The notes below the pieces were generated by a model, which was not told the origin of the DNA, did not search any database, and saw only the letters and a program-made list of their open reading frames with translations. A DNA stretch of 64,000 nt, from positions 203,765 through 267,764 of the forward strand of contig MU004186.1 of NCBI GenBank assembly GCA_010093605.1, read 5' to 3'. Position numbers and translations under genes: made by a program. Positions 24,510-37,060 of this stretch are shown in pieces; the stretch's first letter is position 1, and each line of letters begins with the position of its first letter. The stretch comes from Lophium mytilinum (lineage: Eukaryota).

Positions 24510-24874
24510 AGTGTATCCGCTGCCCCCAGTTTCCAATAGTACATTGGGGTCCCTCCAACAATGGTAAGCAAGTGTACATGAAGAGGGGGAAGAGCGGTCA
24601 CCGTAGCTGTTTGGCAGGCACATGTGACCCTATTTACCTTCCAGCTCTCACTTCTCACCTCTTCTTCATCATCATCATCCATCAATCATAAAGTATCACG
24701 CGCAACATCGTATCATGTACCGCACCATCGTTATTATACCACTACATGTCAACTTTCGTTAAGCTAGCCGCTTCAGACACACCTCACCTCCCTATCCGCA
24801 CCACCCGTGTCGGATTCTCTCATCCACAGCTGCATACCTACTACCACCGCAACTCAACATCCCAGCCCTGCAAG

Positions 24875-26371
24875 ATGCCTATCTGGAACGTGCTCCTACC
24901 TGGCGGCAGGGACCATTTCCATGCAGTGAAACAAGACTCCGAGGCCAACATTCAAGTGGTCGAAGAAAACTTTCGGCAGGCCGCATTCGAAAGGAGACTA
25001 GTGGAAACGGAAGAAGATGGAAAAGAACCACCGGACCCGAAGGAATTCGCCGCCGACAAACGCCTGAAAGAGTACCAGAGGATCTATCTCAAGGGCGAGA
25101 TCGAATCACTCAAGCCTGGCCGGCTCGTGATCCTCATGGATAACCATGTATCCGCCCTTCTGGAGGCCAGGTTTTTCATGGCGGACCCGCTGTATAGGCA
25201 CGGCGTGGACGCGGATGTTCGAGTCGAGGGGCCGAGAATCTTCGTGACGTGCTATGATCTTGCAGTCGACGATGGTGAGTTGGGTCGGGAGTTCTTCACC
25301 ATGTTACCTCGCTAATCAAAACTTATAGTTGTAACTTCAGATCTGAAGGATGGTCCATTGGCCACTCCTCGAGAGGAGAAGCCACGTAGCCCGGAGAGAG
25401 GGTACCCACCTCGTCCAAAAGATCCAGAAGATCCAGAAGTTCCAGAAGAACCGACCATACCTTCAGAAGAGACGGAGGCTGGCCCTTCAAATCAGCAGCC
25501 GGCCTCTGCGTTGATCAGCTCGATAAGCGGACCGCTGGTTAACGCCTGGACAGCCTTGACCTCGATCGCTGGCCCGAATTCGGACAAGAACCCCGATGGC
25601 ACTGACGCCCACATGGAGGATCTGTTGTCCCCGCTAGAGGAGGTAGTTATCCACCCACCACCGCCAAAACCTCGCACCGAATATGCAGACTGCCCCGCCT
25701 GCAGCTATCTGAAGCCCAAGCCGAGATGTCGCGGCTGCTACAGAGACCCTCAGTGCCGCGAAACCGATGAGGATGCATGCAGCCAGACTCACGACGTGAA
25801 GTACCACACTCGGTGCGCCCTTGCCATGTGGACCATCGTTAGTACGGATCACCCGGACCCTGGCGATGTCAGGCTGAGTATTGTTGTTAGCCCCCGGCTT
25901 ACTAATGATCCGGAGTTCATGTTCAAGAAGGCGAGAAACATCCGTGCCAACGGCTTCCTCTACTCTGCGATCACGTGCCATGTGGCTCATCAGTGCGCTC
26001 ATACGGTGTTTGGAGCTCAGAAGCCTATCCACATTGACGCTGCTGAGGCCAAGACCAGAAAGGATGCTTATGAGAAACTCAGGGGGTCACTGAAGTTCGG
26101 GTTATCGGAGGCAGGAGGGGTGAGAATAGAGGACGATAAGGGCATAAAGAAAGGAACAACCGCGGACGACACGTCCGAAGAAGAGGAAGATATGACCGAC
26201 CCTGATTGGGATGGCTATATAAAGGACCAAAGTCTGTTAGGAACGGACGACGAGGACCTGCCTAGATACGAGAACGGGGAATTACGATTCCGGAAGCGTT
26301 GCAGGGAGTGTGTTAGACGCAACATGCTGTGCTGGCCGGATCATCCAGTAGATAGTGACACATGGCTATAG
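24875..26371 (+). CDS. Hypothetical protein with Cys/His-rich putative zinc-binding clusters
   Basis: ORFs 24746-25315 and 25358-26371 join in frame through intron 25275-25328. Clusters CPAC..CRGC..C..C..H..H..C and CREC..C..H. Start could be 24746. Confidence 0.6.
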
Positions 26372-28998
26372 ACTAGTAGCACAATAGCTCCTAACGGATA
26401 TTTCTACACTTGCTTGCCGCCGTAAGAGGTGCCTTGAAGGATTTTCAGCACCCTGAAAATGAGAAGAGTGCCACATTTTGGAGTACTGGTAAACTCATGA
26501 GGCCACTCCAGACAGTGGCAACCTGCTATATGCGGATTGGAAGCATACGCGCTGGAAGATGCCCCGGGTTCCCAGTAGGTCCCCATCGGAGCGCGTAGGG
26601 TGATGCGTAAAGGGATAACACTTGATATTAAGCCTTTGGATATTACGTTTTTCCATGTCCTTAGCGCCGTCTGACTGCCCCCGTGGTATCAAAAACGTGA
26701 AAAGCATAATGTATGGTTTAGGAGAGCTTACATTGGGCAGACTTTTGGGGGTATAGTGGCATGTATAAAGCTGCTTCAACGTGCTACGCTGAACATCAAA
26801 ACAACGGTGAGAGCACTACGTATAAGAGTGCTTGGGACGGTATGTAAGGCAGTAAGCCCAATATCAGGCTTCTGGATATTATATTTGAAGATGCATGCCA
26901 CCGTTTGAGCGCCTCCATGGTGCCAAAAAAGTCGAATATATGATGTAACATTTGTAAGGGTGAGTATTGAGCATGGCCAGCGGTATAGTGGCAGGTACAA
27001 GACACGATTCGGGCTGCTGTCTAATCGCAGGCGCGAAATCGGACAAAGGGACAGCCCTTCTTAATGATACCTCCGTCAATGCGAAGTTTAATACCCTAAT
27101 CTTCAACATGGCCGACAACCACGTGCAAGATGAGCAATGAGGAATTTGTCGACGAACTTATCAACTTCTGGAAGACCTACGGTAATAAGAAGATCCCCGA
27201 CATTCAGACTATTCCGCAGACCTTAATAGACACGATTTGGGCTGCTACCTACACCTACCTTGGCGACGCGACACCCTCTATCGAAATCGCTCCTTTTTGA
27301 GGGTGATGAGCTATCTGGGGGTCTCATGCCCATACAAGATCCAAAATCTCGTAATTTTTTTTCGAAGACTGCAAATTGGATGTTCCTTTTCTCTAGCCCC
27401 ATCTCCCATTATTCTAGCGCTACAGTCTTATCTAGAGGTGCGAGACTACCGTTTTGACGCCGGAAACGACCATCAAAAACCTCTCAAGCCCATTCACTTT
27501 CTAAATACCTACGATGTAGGCCATAAGTCTGGGCATACAGATTCATCACTGCACGGTTCTGGTTTTGCACATTTGACACCACTGAGTGGAGTGGCCCAGC
27601 TGGTCAGAAGTCAGTGAGCCAAGGGGCAGTCTAATCTACCATGCTTGGGACTTGACATCGCGACTAAACTTTCGAAACTGGGAGGACTGCCCCAGGCAGT
27701 GGTAAACGGTTGTACACAGACTTATGGCCGGCCCGTGAAAACTATGCTATTCGATATGCCCTTAGTCTTTCTTACAGCTTCTAGAAATGTCTTTGCAGAG
27801 ATAAAAATATGTGCCTCCGGTTACCGCTGCGTAAGAAGCTTCATGTTATGTTTAGCATTCCGAAAGAGAGAAGGTGCCGACACTTTAGACAGCTAGTATA
27901 CTTGCTAAGCCACCCCGGACAGTGTCAGCCGGGTGTACGCAGATTGTAAGTGTATTCTCTGCCCCGGTTTCCTATCAATACGTTGAAGGCCCTGACATAG
28001 TGCCTTGCTAGAAGCCTGTCCACACCCCTTTATCACCATTTGAGGTCCTTCAACAGACTATAGAACTTCCGATATTACTTCCAGTCCTTAGTATCTTGAG
28101 TTGAAAGGGATTCATGAACTTACAGCCGACCTAACGAGCCAAGTTTTGTAGTGACTTAGTACCCCCCTTTTCAGCAGACGAACAACCTATTCTATTTTAA
28201 GAAAATTTGTGCGCCGCAAGCTGTAATATATGCGGGCGTCGTGATTGACAAAAGGAAAGTCTAAATATAGCTCTAGTCCAAAGTTTGAACTCTGGTTGTT
28301 GTTCTAGTCTGGTAGTTACGTAGAGGATACACGGTCCCAAAATGACCTAGGTGCTCTAGTACAGAACGACTTTCATCTCAGTCGACCCAGCCCCTGCGAA
28401 GTACTAGCATGCTACCCCGCCTGTATACGTGCACGCGAGAAATGAAAAAAGAAGACACTCAATTCGGCCTTTTGTACAGCTGTCTGCCGCTGCTTGTGGT
28501 CCTTTAATGGATTCTTAGCACTATAAAGAAGTTATAAACTCTTAGTTTTGCGCAGCGTGGGAGCTTATTGAAGACCTCCAAGCAGTGGCAAACAAGTGTA
28601 GCTACCTACTAGGAACACGTAGAATAGCCATGAGATAGCACTGTTAAGTCTGTGGGGCATACATAGCCACTACTTCTGCAAGTCTGTACCCTTGTTTAGC
28701 ACCGCTTGAGGTCCTCCGGTATGCCATTGCTATTTATAGAATACCACATTTGACAAGCCTCATAGCTCTCCGGGCCACCTCAGACGGTGCTGGACTGCTT
28801 GAGTGTGCCGCTTTTTTTCTGCCTATCGTGACGTCTTAGGTGTTCAACGTTAGAATTAGTGTTGTTGCTAGAAGCCGTTTTCCGTAGGATTAGAGAATAC
28901 GATTGCAAACCCCCATTGGCGGGGGACAAGCGAGCGGGCAGCACGTCATTTTTCGCGAGCACTTGGCGCGTCTGGATGGCCGCCGGGTAGTCCACGGG

Positions 28999-29004
28999 TG
29001 ACTC
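28999..29004 (+). promoter_or_regulatory. Possible Gcn4/CpcA response element (TGACTC) upstream of MET2
   Basis: TGACTC ~100 bp upstream of the ATG of an amino-acid biosynthesis gene, followed by a TGACTG half-site. A hexamer can also occur by chance. Confidence 0.35.
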
Positions 29005-29118
29005 CAGATGACTGTCCTACGGTCGACAGGGAATAAAGAAGTGGAATATGCCCTCCGTCCAGCCTCATCTCTCAAGAACCTACGCCTCTGCTCGACCCCA
29101 CTCATGACACCAGGGATC

Positions 29119-30756
29119 ATGGCCACGTCTTCCCCCAACGGCGTCGCACTCAATGGCAGCCAGAAGTATCGTAAGCCCCTCTAAACTTTTTTCTGTCGGA
29201 CATGCAAACATATTTTTGACACCTAAGCAGGCAAGATAACTTCGCAACCCGAGAATCCGTTTGCTAGCTTCATACCCGACCAGTCTTTAGCCATTGTTCC
29301 CGAATTCACCCTCGAATCTGGCGTTGTCCTCCACAATGTTCCCGTCGCGTACAAAACCTTTGGAGCCCTGTCCCCACGGGGCGACAATGCGATGGTTATT
29401 TGCCATGCCCTTACGGGAAGTGCAGATGTGGGTGACTGGTGGGGGCCCTTGCTAGGAGGACCGGGGAAAGCGTTTGACACGTCGAGATTCTTCGTCGTGT
29501 GCATGAACAGCCTGGGAAGTCCGTATGGGAGCGCAAGCCCCGTCACAGCAAAGGACGGAGATAGCACAAAAGAGCTGTACGGCCCAGAGTTCCCGCTTAC
29601 TACTGTGAGGGACGACGTCAACATCTTCAAGCTCATACTCGACGATCTTGGCGTTCGACAGATTGCTGCCGTCATTGGAGGGTCCATGGGAGGCATGCTT
29701 GTTTTGGAATTCGCATACTTTGGCAAAGACTACGTCCGGTGTATCATACCCATCGCAACCTCTGCGCGATACAGTGCGTGGGGCATAAGCTGGGGCGAGG
29801 CGCAAAGACAGAGCATTTACTGCGACCCGAAATACGACGACGGATACTATACCTTCGAGGACCCTCCATCAACCGGACTAGGAGCTGCACGTATGTCGGC
29901 ACTGCTCACCTATCGCAGCCGTGACTCGTTCGAGTCGCGATTCGGACGAAATACTCCAGATCCTTCAAGGAGACAAAATATAAACGGTGGCCAACGACCG
30001 TCCACACCATCCCAGGAACACTGGGCCATCCACAACGACGGACACAAAAACGCCCGCTCTCCACGCCCCTCCCGAGTCCCCAGCTCCGCAAGCATCACCA
30101 CTACCAACGCCACCAATCCCGCATCCTCGCACTCCGACCTCGAATTCCACAACCCATCCACCTCCCCAACCTTCTCGAAAGCCCCCAGTTCCCCCAACGG
30201 CACCACCAAAGCAGCCACGCCCTCGCAACTCGCCAAGAAACAAACCCCAACCTACTTCTCCGCGCAATCCTACCTCCGCTACCAAGGCGAGAAGTTCATC
30301 AAGCGCTTCGACGCCAACTGCTACATCGCCATCACCCGCAAGCTCGACACGCACGACGTCTCGCGCCACCGCTACCCCTCGGGCTGCACGCCCCACGACA
30401 CCGACCCCGTGATGGCGCTGCACCACGCGCTCTCGCTGATCGCCCAGCCCACCCTCATCCTGGGCATCCAGTCCGACGGCCTCTTCACCTTCGCCGAGCA
30501 GCAGGAACTCGCCGCGCATATCCCGAATGCGGCGCTGAAGACCATCGACTCGCCCGAAGGGCACGACGCGTTTCTGCTCGAGTTCGAGCAGGTCAACACG
30601 CACTTGGTAAAGTTCTTGAATGAGACGCTGCCGGATATAATGAGCCGGAGTCCGAAACTGGAGGGGGTGGTTGGGGAGTGCGATGATGGGGCTATGGGAG
30701 CGAAGAAGACGAGCACGTTTGGGGAAGCGGAGGTGGATGATATCACGGCTTGGTGA
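29119..30756 (+). CDS. MET2: Homoserine O-acetyltransferase
   Basis: VICHALTGSADVGDWWG, GGSMGG nucleophile loop, RFDANCYIAITRKLDTHD, SPEGHDAFL. Intron 29171-29230; alternative in-frame ATG at 29104. Confidence 0.95.
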
Positions 30757-31537
30757 CGATTTCAACACGATCAATGAAAGTTTAGAAGAGCTGGGACGGC
30801 GTTTTGGGACATTGGGAAATATGGGTAGGGGGTGGGCGGCTGGGCGGCTGGGGGATTGCATCGACTCTCGGCATACGCTTGAAAGAAAGTCGTGTATTAT
30901 TTTGGGGCGCGTTGTGGAGATTGGTGCGGAGGTGAGGTTCAACTCCTCGGATACCCGCAGTCTTCGTTGAATGAAGAAGTTTGCAAAATAGATACTTTAT
31001 CGCGGACCTAATCAGGTCTATGTGCTTCGTGTTATGCCTGCTTTTGGTTAGTGTTGCAGCATGTTCGATGTGAGCCTGTCAGGGTATGCCCAGGCTGGCA
31101 TTTGGATAGCTGGGCGGCTTACTACCCCCCATGGTGTTCCGCAGCGCTCATAAGGGCTGATGTCAAGCAGAGCTCTTGAGCATAAGAATTGGAATAGCGG
31201 ACTGCGGATAGGAGAAAGTGGTGCTTTTGGCAGAGGTCCTCCACCAATGCCTCGAAAGTCAGGGGGGAAAGTCACACCCGCTCGCACGTATATCAGAGCA
31301 GAAACTCTCGCATGGAGATTGCAACCAGTTGACGCTACCTGCGGCCCCCCAGCTGTGCGAAGCAGTAGAACAATACACCAAGACAGTGGTATCTACGCGC
31401 AGAATCTCAAAACGCCGAATTGCCCACCCCAATCCTAAATGCCCGAGCAGACCCAATTGCGGGGAGGTACAGAAAACACGCCTTCTCTTACAACGCCCTA
31501 GGCGTCTTCTTCCCCTTCCCGATAACTAAAAGCCCCC

Positions 31538-32697
31538 TCACGACCTCCCCGCCTCCCCTTCCCGCTGCTCGTCGTGCCGCTCCGGCTCGTAGTTCGTCTC
31601 GCCCAGCATGTGCGCTGCTTGCGGCGCCTGGGGCGCCGGTGCGACGGGCCTGCTCGCCGCGGCGTGCAGGCGCTGGTCGAGCGCTTTCAGCGCGAGTGCG
31701 CGCCTCCGCTCCGCCTCCTCGCGCCGCCCGCCGCCGCGCCCGCTGCGTCCGTTGGGGTTCATGAGGCTCGGTAGGCCGCCCTCGGCTCGCGCGTGCGCTT
31801 GCTCGTTTCCGGCATCGACGTCTGAGTCCGAAAAGGGCTTGAAGACGCGCAGGGTGATTAGGGTGTTGTAGACCGAGTCCGCGAGCTTCGAGATCGGGGT
31901 GTGGATCGGCTCGGGGAAGAAGTAGGCGAAGGCGAAGGTGTCGGAGGCGTCGCCCTTCATGGTGCTGCCGTCGCCGGTGGCGGCGGAGGAGATGCTGGGT
32001 GAGAGGCGGTAGAAGCGGAGGTAGATCCAGGCGGTGAAGAAGCCGAACCAGGAGAGGAAGAGGGCGGTCTCGGTGCCGAAGAGGACACCCGAGATGGTGT
32101 TGGCGAGCAGGAAGATGGCGGGGAAGTGCTTGACGCGCATGCGGATGAGGCCTTTGAGGATGGCGACGGTGTGCTCGGGGACGAGCTGCTTGAAGGAGAC
32201 GAGGAAGGCGGCTTGGAGGGCGACGCCGCCGGAGATGGTGGTGGTTCTGGGCGCGTTAGTGGATAAGGGCAGGGAAAGCGGTGTATGAAAGCTTACAGGG
32301 CGGCATCGGACTTGGAGATGACGAAGGAGAAGACGTAGATCAGGAAGGTTAGGAGATTGGGTATCATGGCGACGAAGAGGATGAATTTTGTAAACTCGGT
32401 GGAGCTCCATGCTCGTTCCAAATAGCGTCCGCCGTAGAAGACGGTCAGCCCAGTGATTACGAGGCCGAAGACATTCTGCTCGACCACGGTGGCCAGCAGG
32501 AACACCCAAGGGTATATTATTGATACTCCGGGCACAATGGCGAGGTATGGCACGCCGTCTCCCACACCCACGATGGGCTTCTCGACCTTGGATACCCAGT
32601 CGTCCTGCGGCCGTAGCAGTGCGTTGAGGACTGTGAGGACAAGGAGCGAGACGAGGAGACTCCGGGTCAAAGGCGGGAGGTTGATGCGCGGCGCCAT
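31538..32697 (-). CDS. DUF1751 / TMEM115-like rhomboid-superfamily integral membrane protein
   Basis: MAPRINLPPLTR start; GGRYLERAWSSTEF, LVSFKQLVPEHTV, WIYLRFY, GDASDTFAFAYFFPEP, AERRRALALKALDQRL. Intron 32296-32247. Confidence 0.9.
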
Positions 32698-33240
32698 GGT
32701 GTTCGTAAAGGTGTTGCCTGGACAGGATTCTCCCAGGCTTGGTGAAGGGAGGTATTGAATGGAGAGGATGGAGAGATGGTTGGAGGTCGAAAGAGACGGG
32801 ACAGCCTCGGGATGGGGTACGCGGCACGAAGAGGACGCCGGGAGGGAATTCGGCGCGGTGAAGGGTGAGAAGCAGACGATGCCAGCAGCCCTGGAGGATG
32901 CCGTGGAGTCGTGAACGTCGGGCTTGGCTTTGCTGCTGAGGCGTCCTGGGCGTCCCCCGTGGCCGATCATCCCGTCTCGGCCCATTCTTTCGGCCCACCT
33001 GGGCAGGCTAACTAGCCGGAGCCGTAGCGCAGGACAAGAGGCACCATTGTGCCACCAGATACTCCACCTGCAGCTATCCTCGATCCTCACCCGCCGCGTC
33101 TTCAACCCGACTCCAACACCAAATCCCGCCGTCAAACCCTATCGCCAACTACTGCGCATCATCTGCCCTCCCGTCCCGCCTCCTTCTTGACGCGACCCCA
33201 TTGTTTCTAGAGCTCGCGCGTCCCGCGACGGCCATGCGCA

Positions 33241-35164
33241 ATGACGGTTGAGCCGCTCTCCTCCAACGTCGTGAACTACCTGGTGTGGAGATATCTGCAG
33301 GAATCTGGTGGGCATCGCGCGCGCCGACTGCAACCCTATATAATGCTAATGTTGTCCAGGCTTCGGAAATGCGGCAGTCCAGCTGTCGCGCAGCTGGTAC
33401 CACAACCCCGACCGTCTTCCCTTCGCAAAGAATGTCTCCTCGCACGCCCTCATCCATATTCTGCAGGATGGCCTCTGGCTTGACAAGCTGCAGGCTGAGG
33501 TGAAGGATGTTCGTCGCTTCCCCCTCGACCGCTCTTCGTGTTCTGACAGCTTGCAGGGCCAGCGCCGGTATCAGTTCGGACGTGACCATGGACGGCCCTT
33601 CTCCCTCCACAGCACCGAGAGCTCAATGTTAGACCAACAGCCGCCTCCGGATCTATTTGAAGAGATGAATGGTACGAGCGCAGATGCTCCAGCTCGGAGA
33701 GGACCCGCAAAAAAGAAGCAGAAGAAGACAAATGGCATTGTGGACCAGCAGGTCAATGGCGATGCTATGGACATTGATCACAATGGCTCCCTCCAGATCA
33801 CCCCGTCACTGCGTGGTGAATCCGAGGCCGTCCTATCTGATGCCGATTCGCCATCTGTCGTAGAAGAGATACCCATATCCACACTCAGCATTGGACAAAG
33901 CACCTACATCCAGACCGAGGAGCTCCCGTCTTGGGAGAATGAAGACCCCACCAGTCGCGGACTCGAGAGCGGGTACCCTCCTCAACGCGAACTAAATGCC
34001 CCGCAGGCAACGAATCTCATAGCAAAGGAACCAGACAAGGAGATCACGCACACTCTATGGGACCCTTCCGCATCGTCGCTTCTACTCACGGCAGGAAAAT
34101 CCCTAGCAAGGCTCCAGGATATCACCGATACCGACTTGCGACGGTCCTTAGACTTTCAGATCCCGCTCAACGAGTTCATCGTAACAGCTGTGTGTTTCAC
34201 CTCGAATGAGGAGGTAGCAATTGCAGCTCGGGAGGAACACATCAATGAGCAAGGAGATACGATGAAGACGGACAAGTTGATAAAGATCATTGACGCAGGT
34301 CGAGATTCGCGCATAATCTCTTCGGTCGTGGGAATGGTGTCTACCTTACGATGGAATCCATCTTCGCGGACCCTGTTGAGCGTTTCGACCACTGACATGG
34401 CCGGGAGTATCAAAATCTGGACAAACGACGACACGACACCAGCCTTCACAGCCTTTGCCGAATCCGCCATCATGGACGCGGCCTGGATGACAGAAACGGA
34501 ATTTGTTGTTTGTGGCTTGAATATCGTACAAGTGTATCAGATTGACGGGGAGCTCAAGCTATTACACTCTTTCGAAAAGGATGGGACCTGGGAGACGGTC
34601 AAGTACGATCCACTGCATCGCATCATAATCTGTGCCGCATATGAAGAGGAGCTAATGGGAGTGGTATACCTCGACGTCACATCGAAAGGTATTCAGACTA
34701 CCAAACATCCGGATAAGTTCTTCTCAGGCTTGAAACTATCAAGCTTAAGGCAGCCCGCCGGCGACTCTGGACGAGTTCCTTGTTTCGTCGGGACTTGCGC
34801 TGCTGCCGGTGCGTATATCTGGGACGTAGGAGATCCGGAAAACCCATTCCAAGAATACCGTCACTTTTCAGTACCTCTCGCGACCCAAGCTCGTTGTCTT
34901 GCGATCTCCAATTCTGGGGACTTGGTTGCAGTCGGAACAAAGGATTCAGTCTTGATATGGAGGATCATCGGGGGCGCTTACGAAGTCAAATGGCTTTGGA
35001 CGGAAGGGTCAGGCCTTGAAGTTGAACAAGAACAGCATCTGAGCTGGAACCATGATGACTCGCGGCTCGCGTTCTCTGTTGGCGACCAGGTATGGATGCC
35101 TATCCTAATTGCTTTGAACGCTGCTAATGATCAAAAGGTCGCTGTTATCAATCTTCAGGAATAA
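33241..35164 (+). CDS. LisH + WD40-repeat protein (TBL1/Sif2-like)
   Basis: N-terminal LisH LSSNVVNYLVWRYLQESG, then degenerate WD40 repeats (LRWNP..LLS..GSIKIW; LAISNSGDLVAVG). About three introns. Confidence 0.8.
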
Positions 35165-35971
35165 AGAATATTGCAAAAATGGCGAACAAACTCATCAGCC
35201 ACTACAAGCTCGTCTACACTCGCTTAGCACTGCTTGAGGTCCTCAAGAACGTTGTTCAAACCTATAAACCTACAGTTTTGCAAGCCGGAGAGCTTCCCGG
35301 GCCACCTCCGACAGTGCCGGACACTGCTACCGTGTCTCCCGATATTCCGATAGACTCAAGCTCCGAAGACCACTCTCTAGCTGACGGTGCGAGGCACATA
35401 GATAACGTAACGGGACGCTACCACCTATCCTGGTACGGATCGCCGGTCCACAGTAGCAGGGCCATGGAGAAGCAGCGGGGCGCAACCAGAAGTTATATTT
35501 GGCGTCTACAGCTAGATACTAAGATGCATATATCGGTATGGTAGCCCGCCGAGATTTGGATATCAGACAGTTTCTTGCCATTGAGGCATACCTCTAGCTG
35601 GATCCGCGATTTTAGATACCTACCTACTCTTGAATCGAAAGCCACGATCAGAACATGTGTCAATTTCCCGCGTAATGATTAACCAATGTCGCCCAGCACT
35701 CCAGAGCTCGTCGCGAGGAAGACGAGTTAAACAATTGCATCGATCACGTGCGCATCGCGGGGTTTGCCGTGGCACGGATGTTCTCTGGACCCAGGCAACC
35801 ATATAGCAACCAACCTCGAGACAGTCAAATCCCCCCATCTGACACCGTGTATTTTCCACCCTTCAAAATCTCCTAATCTTGCTAAGATGTCAAGGTACGA
35901 TATTTCATCCTCATCATTGTTCAGCAGTGTCAATATTTATCATAAGTTTTCTTGTTTACTCTAACATCAAT

Positions 35972-37060
35972 ATGTCATCGTCTTCATTATTCGGTAGCTT
36001 ACGGAATAACAACCCCAGACGGTTAGAAAATCCAGTACAAACAACAGGAAAAACGAGAGTCGAAGAAGTAGAAAATGAAGCAATGCCAGTCCTCCGCCGA
36101 TCTCTAACTCTCCCCCTCCGTTCTCCATCGCCAATATATTACAACGACCAACCCCCACTTCGTCGCCGTTATCAACGAACCCTCATCCAGGACGCCTGCT
36201 TACTATTTCGTCTACCCCTGGAACTACGCACTATCGTCTATGAATACGTCTTGGGTGGATGGACCCTGCAACCTGCTCGGAATAAAACCACGGGCCAATT
36301 ACATCTCGAAACAGCCCACTTCCCAGGTGTGAAATGTACCTTCCCTCCCCCGAGACGGTGTCCATGCAATACCGGGACCCTGAGGCCGTACTGCCGTTGT
36401 ACAAGAGAGCTGACCGCTGAGCGTGTCTGGCATTGTCGGCTGCACTGCATAAACCGGAGCTCCCGGTGTATCGCATTCCAAATCAGTTCATTACTCACGT
36501 GTCGAGCAATGTAGGCGTTCACCTCGCCATACTATGCCGTCCCTTCAAACCAGTGCTCACATGACAACAGTTACTCTGAGGCTATCGACATCATCTATGA
36601 GCGCAACACGTTTACGATCACGGATATCGGCGTGCTACTTGCGATGCAGAAGCTAGTCCCACCACACCGGCTGCAGAAGATTAGAACGCTAACTCTCCAA
36701 TCTGGAGACATCTCTTTCTTCAGTATGGGGTGGGTCGCGAGAGTGCATGGAACGGCGGCCACGTCGGATTTACTGGAGCGGTTGCAGCCGCGCTTCAGCC
36801 CTCGGTATAAGGTGTGGGAGCAAGGGTGTGCCGTGTTGGCTGGTATGAGCGGGCTGAGGCGGCTTGTTGTTGATATCGATAATGCCACGGCCCAGAGCTC
36901 CCAGGAGGCTAGCAAAGTAGGTATCATGGAGCCGTTGATTAATGTACGAGCGTCGGAGTTGTTTGAGGTCATGTTGCATTGGGCGGAAAGTCCGGAGGAG
37001 CTTGATGTGGTGGACCGGGGTGCACAGTTCACGATTGTGAGGAAATTAGCCTGGCGCTAG
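35972..37060 (+). CDS. Fungal F-box-like protein of unknown function
   Basis: CLLFRLPLELRTIVYEYVLGG, and SLLTCRAIYSEAIDIIYERNTF across intron 36511-36570. Confidence 0.75.

Noticed and set aside
29965..30942. 325-aa antisense ORF over MET2 (similarly 41179-42000, 59497-60222, 61575-62222 and 50694-51554)
   Set aside because: These are shadow ORFs of real genes, mostly in GC-rich codon-biased regions, with no recognisable motifs.
32698..33135. Long N-terminal extensions of the DUF1751 ORFs
   Set aside because: Low-complexity open frames through a GC-rich 5' UTR or bidirectional promoter; the conserved protein starts at MAPRINLPP (32697).
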